NCBI RefSeq assembly: GCF_028368995.1
Contig: NZ_JAQNDL010000001.1
Span: forward strand, 2,688,001 to 2,752,000
Length of the DNA: 64,000 nucleotides
From: Nannocystis bainbridge
GTDB lineage: Bacteria > Myxococcota_A > Polyangia > Nannocystales > Nannocystaceae
Reading direction: 5' to 3'
Positions 60,707 to 64,000 of the stretch are shown one piece after another. The notes under the pieces were generated by a model. It saw nothing but the letters and a program-made list of their open reading frames with translations. It searched no databases and was not told where the DNA came from. The position numbers were made by a program, and so were the translations under genes. Every line of letters starts with the position of its first letter. Position 1 is the stretch's first letter.

Positions 60707-60761
60707 ACCTTTCGACATGTCCTGAAGGACCTGGCCTGAGTACCATGACCGAAAAGACACC
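60702..60761. repeat. 14-bp-period array spanning stop codon, spacer and next start codon
   Basis: CCTG 60702, CATG 60716, CCTG 60730, CATG 60744, CACC 60758. Confidence 0.85.
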
Positions 60762-61521
60762 CGGCCTCTACGTCCGCTTCGCCGAGCTGAGCTACCCCGA
60801 GGTCGAGCGGCTGCTGGCGCTGCCGCAGCCGAAGATCGCCCTGCTGCCGGTCGGCAGCACCGAGGCCCACGGCCCGCACCTGCCGCTGGCGACCGACAGC
60901 CTGATCGGCGAGGCGGTGGTCGGCCTGGCCGCCGGCGAGCTGGCGGCCCGCGGGCACCTGGCGGCCGCGCTGCCGCCGATCCACTACGCGGTGACCGAGT
61001 GGGCCAAGGAGTTCGCCGGCTCGACGTCGATCGACGCCGAGGTCGCGATCGGCCTGGTCCTCGGGACCTGTCGGGCGATGCGGGCGATGGGCTTCGACCG
61101 CGTGGTGGTGTTCACCGCCCACCTCGAGCCCGACCACATCGGCTCGCTGCGGGAGGTCGCGCGCCGCTATCAGGCCGAGACCGGTGACGTGCTGCTGTTC
61201 GTCGACACCACCCGACGCGCGCTCGCGGCCCGGTTGACGCCGGAGTTCCAGAGCGGCTCGTGTCACGCCGGCCGCTACGAGACCAGCCTGGTCCTGGCGA
61301 TCCGCCCCGACCTGGTGCGCATGGACCTGGCGGCCGCGCTGCCCGAGCACCCGGTCGCGCTCGCCGAGCACATCCGCGCCGGCAAGCGCGGCTTCCTCGA
61401 GTGCGACATGCCGCGGGCCTACTGCGGCGCTCCGGCCGACGCGACCGCCGACGAGGGCCGCGAGATCTTGGCGACCCTCGCCACCCTCGTCGTCGAGGCA
61501 GTGGTCGGCTCGCTGGCGTGA
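60745..61521 (+). CDS. Creatininase-family amidohydrolase
   Basis: LPVGSTEAHGPHLPLATD, HAGRYETS. Confidence 0.88.
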   Translation: MTEKTPGLYVRFAELSYPEVERLLALPQPKIALLPVGSTEAHGPHLPLATDSLIGEAVVGLAAGELAARGHLAAALPPIHYAVTEWAKEFAGSTSIDAEVAIGLVLGTCRAMRAMGFDRVVVFTAHLEPDHIGSLREVARRYQAETGDVLLFVDTTRRALAARLTPEFQSGSCHAGRYETSLVLAIRPDLVRMDLAAALPEHPVALAEHIRAGKRGFLECDMPRAYCGAPADATADEGREILATLATLVVEAVVGSLA

Positions 61522-61524
61522 ACC

Positions 61525-61833
61525 TCAGCGCTCGACGCTGCGGTAGCGGGCGAACCGCGGCTCGTGCAGCAGCAGCGGCGACAGCCGGGCCAGCAGCACC
61601 TTCACGTGCGGGCTGCGCATGTGAGCGTCGGCCGCGACCTCGCTGTCCCAGCGCTCGACGGTGACGAGCTGGCCCGGGTCGGCCGCCTGCTGCAGCACCT
61701 CGAAGCGCGAGCAGCCGCGCTCCGATCGGCTGCGCTCGGCCAGATCCTGGAGGAGGGAGATCGCGGTCACCAGAGCGGCGCGGTCGACGGTCAACTGCAC
61801 GACGACGAGGAGCGATGGATTGAACACGGGCAT
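61525..61833 (-). CDS. ABM-domain (putative quinol monooxygenase) protein
   Basis: SRSERGC..FE, VERWDS..AADAHMRSPH. Confidence 0.82.
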   Translation of the reverse strand: MPVFNPSLLVVVQLTVDRAALVTAISLLQDLAERSRSERGCSRFEVLQQAADPGQLVTVERWDSEVAADAHMRSPHVKVLLARLSPLLLHEPRFARYRSVER

Positions 61834-61840
61834 ACGACTC

Positions 61841-62224
61841 TCAGCGCAGCGCGGCGCGCATGCGGGTGATGGCGTCCGGGAGGACGACGCTGACCATGAT
61901 GCCGAGCTGGGCGCGGGTGCAGTCGAGCGCCATGCCCATGCGGTACTTGTCGGACAGATCGACGACGATGATCATGACCTCCCCGTCCTCGCCGAGCCGC
62001 AGCATGGTCTGGTGCATGGTCTCGGGCACCGGCAGGCCGGTCCGCTTGAGCGTGTCGCCGATGCGGTCGAACAGGATGTTGAACAGCGCGCACGCCCGCG
62101 GCGAGGTGCGCAGGCCGGCGACCGACCTGCCCGAGTTCTTGGCGAACACGTCGATCGCGGCCAGGCCGCCGAGCATCGTGTCCTCCATCTCGCTGAGGGT
62201 CGCGTGGATCTCCGGCAGGTTCAT
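61841..62224 (-). CDS. Small hypothetical protein, possible roadblock/LC7-like fold
   Basis: 127 aa; GGLAAIDVF...ACALFN...AQLGIMVSVVLP; helix/strand pattern; GAGGAG upstream. Confidence 0.65.
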   Translation of the reverse strand: MNLPEIHATLSEMEDTMLGGLAAIDVFAKNSGRSVAGLRTSPRACALFNILFDRIGDTLKRTGLPVPETMHQTMLRLGEDGEVMIIVVDLSDKYRMGMALDCTRAQLGIMVSVVLPDAITRMRAALR

Positions 62225-62238
62225 GGCGCTCCTCGGGG

Positions 62239-62538
62239 TCAGGCCACGCGTACGTGGCGGACGATCGCCGACGGCTGCTCGAGCAAGGGGCCGATCGCCA
62301 CGAAGGTCTGCTCGGTGTGGTCCGCGCCGAGGTGCGCGTCCGCGGCCTCGTCGCTGTCCCACGCCTCGATGACCACGAACTCGCGCGGGTCCGAGGTGCC
62401 CTGGTAGGCCTCGAAGCGGCGGTTGCCGGGCAGCTCCCGGCCGGCCTCGACCAGCGAGCGCATGGCGCCGGCGAACGTCTCCGGGGCCTGCGGCCGGGTC
62501 ATCATGGTCGTGACGACGTGGACCGTTCGTTCTTCCAT
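62239..62538 (-). CDS. ABM-domain (putative quinol monooxygenase) protein
   Basis: ELPGNRRFEAYQ, FVVIEAWDSDEAADAHLGADH. Confidence 0.85.
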   Translation of the reverse strand: MEERTVHVVTTMMTRPQAPETFAGAMRSLVEAGRELPGNRRFEAYQGTSDPREFVVIEAWDSDEAADAHLGADHTEQTFVAIGPLLEQPSAIVRHVRVA

Positions 62539-62716
62539 GCCCGCAAGTTGCGGGCCGCCCGCCGGGCTGTCGATTGCTGATTTCGTCGCTCGCCCCGGCG
62601 CCCGCGGGCCGGGCACTCGCGAATTTCCGCGACCGCCCGCCGTGGCCGCGTCGAAGAGCCAAGATGGGTTCTTGCGGCCGCTGCGAGCCGGGCGACGCAC
62701 GGGCGGCCTTTGTGTC

Positions 62717-62730
62717 TGTCCTCCGGGACA
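62717..62730. promoter_or_regulatory. Perfect TGTCC-N4-GGACA site in a divergent promoter region (identical copy at 63120-63133 in CDS)
   Basis: TGTCCTCCGGGACA at both positions. Confidence 0.65.
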
Positions 62731-62830
62731 GGTGTTCTCCGGCGCCGTCGCTTGTCGATATCCTTCAGCGGGCGACCGGGCGCGCGCGGCCGCTCGCTCG
62801 CGCCGGCTGCCGCGGTGTATCCTGGCCGCG

Positions 62831-63655
62831 ATGACGCGCCCTGCCCTGTCCTGCCTCGTCCTGCTGCTGGCCGCCTGCGACGGCGGCGCCGCCAAGCCCG
62901 CGGGCCCGCCGGCCGAGCCGGCCGAGAAGGTCGCGGTCGCCCCGCCGACCAGGGCCGAGCCGGAGGCGCCGCCGACCCCGAAGTACCCGCAGGGCGAGGC
63001 CGACGAGGCGTGCACGAAGATCGTGGTGGTCGCCTGGCAGGGGGCCGAGGACGCCGAAGCGACGATCACCCGCGACAAGGCGGCCGCGCAGGCGCGCGCC
63101 GGGGAGCTGCAGAAGAAGCTGTCCTCCGGGACAGCCTTCGCCGAGCTGGCCGCCGAGTCCGACGAGCCGAAGACGAAGGCCAAGGGCGGGGCGATGGGCA
63201 CCTACGCCAGGGACAATTGGCCGGACAAGTACGCGCCGCTCAAGGACGTGGTGTTCGCGCTCGGCATCGGCGAGACCTCGGCCGCGGTCGAGCACCCGCA
63301 CGGCTTCGTGGTCGCCCAGCGCTGCAAGGTCGAGAAGGTGCACACGCGGCACATCCTGGTCCGCTACGCCGGGGCGCGGAACGCCGAGGCGAAGCTCAAG
63401 CGCACCAAGGAGCAGGCGCAGAAGCTGGCGACGGAGATCCACGTCGCTGCCAGCGAGCCCGGGGCCGACTTCGAGGCGCTGGCCAAGAAGCGCAGCGAGG
63501 ACGGCTCGGCCGAGCGCGGCGGCGACCTCGGCGCGGTCGGCCGCGGCATGTTCGCCCCGGCCTACGAGGCCGCCGCGTTCGCGCTGAAGCCCGGCGAGCT
63601 CAGCGCGGTGGTCGAGAGCGACTTCGGCTTCCACGTGATCCAGCGGATCGAGTGA
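62831..63655 (+). CDS. Two-domain parvulin (PpiC-type) peptidyl-prolyl isomerase lipoprotein
   Basis: LAAC lipobox; FAELAAESDE..KGGAMG; RHILV, FEALAKKRSED.SAERGGDLG, FGFHVI. Confidence 0.92.
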   Translation: MTRPALSCLVLLLAACDGGAAKPAGPPAEPAEKVAVAPPTRAEPEAPPTPKYPQGEADEACTKIVVVAWQGAEDAEATITRDKAAAQARAGELQKKLSSGTAFAELAAESDEPKTKAKGGAMGTYARDNWPDKYAPLKDVVFALGIGETSAAVEHPHGFVVAQRCKVEKVHTRHILVRYAGARNAEAKLKRTKEQAQKLATEIHVAASEPGADFEALAKKRSEDGSAERGGDLGAVGRGMFAPAYEAAAFALKPGELSAVVESDFGFHVIQRIE

Positions 63656-63671
63656 CGGGCTGGGGCGGCAT

Positions 63672-63748
63672 GCTGTCCTGGACGACATGCCCTCGCGGGC
63701 ATGTCCTCTACAACATGCCCCCTCGGACATGTCACTCAGGACATGTGC
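63672..63748. repeat. Six-node 14-bp-period array between convergent genes
   Basis: GCTG 63672, CATG 63686, 63700, 63714, 63728, 63742. Confidence 0.93.
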
Positions 63749-64000
63749 AATCGAGCAGCCCGAGCTCGGTCGCCAGCGCGTGCACGCCGACGTCGTGCGG
63801 CTCCACGGGCAGCGTCTCGACCAGCTCGTCGGCGAAGCACAGGCCCACGCGGACCGGGCGCGAGGCGCTGCGCAGCGGGGCGGTCGCGCCGTCGTAGTGG
63901 CCCTTGCCGTAGCCGAGGCGGACGCCGGCGCGGGTGAAGGCGAGGCCGGGCATCAGCACCAGGTCGACGTCGGCGTCGGCCAGGGTGACGCCGGGACCGT
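63732..64000 (-). CDS. 5-formyltetrahydrofolate cyclo-ligase (5' part outside window)
   Basis: DLVLMPGLAFTRAGVRLGYGKGHYD...LPVEPHDV. Confidence 0.9.
   Translation of the reverse strand, partial: GPGVTLADADVDLVLMPGLAFTRAGVRLGYGKGHYDGATAPLRSASRPVRVGLCFADELVETLPVEPHDVGVHALATELGLLDCTCPE

Noticed and set aside
63680-63748. GGACATGTCC matches the eukaryotic p53 half-site RRRCWWGYYY
   Set aside because: The context is clearly bacterial and I know of no bacterial p53-family protein; treated as coincidence, though it shows the decamer is a plausible protein-binding geometry

Overview
Very GC-rich chromosomal DNA, most likely from a myxobacterium (Nannocystis-like), judged from MYXO-CTERM tails, Myxococcus-type Cys-rich repeats, Thr/Asp-rich lipoproteins and a giant Ser/Thr-kinase-AAA-GAF-His-kinase. 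About 45 genes are supportable. They include an L,D-transpeptidase, GST, an App1-like phosphatase, two tandem secreted metallopeptidases, an LLM oxidoreductase, a DUF5131/TcmP pair, a double DsbA, two histidine kinases and an MmeI-like DNA methyltransferase. The rest include an RND pump with an NRDE gene, an hcrCAB-like molybdoenzyme, a beta-helix/diheme cytochrome pair, PhoD, ftsK-lolA, a MotB/OmpA protein, a benzoate-CoA-ligase-family gene, a parvulin and a partial 5-formyl-THF cyclo-ligase. No rRNA, tRNA, CRISPR or transposase was seen. The most striking unexplained signal is a dispersed 14-bp palindromic unit, consensus TGTCC-N4-GGACA (equivalently GGACATGTCC decamers 4 bp apart). It occurs at more than 20 loci, as single sites or as phased arrays with CATG-like nodes exactly 14 bp apart. 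Sites lie in intergenic DNA (often convergent gene ends), over start codons and inside protein-coding genes, where they coincide with otherwise rare A/T-ending codons. This suggests a DNA-level code read by an unidentified protein. Product calls come from motif recognition by eye; no database searches were run.
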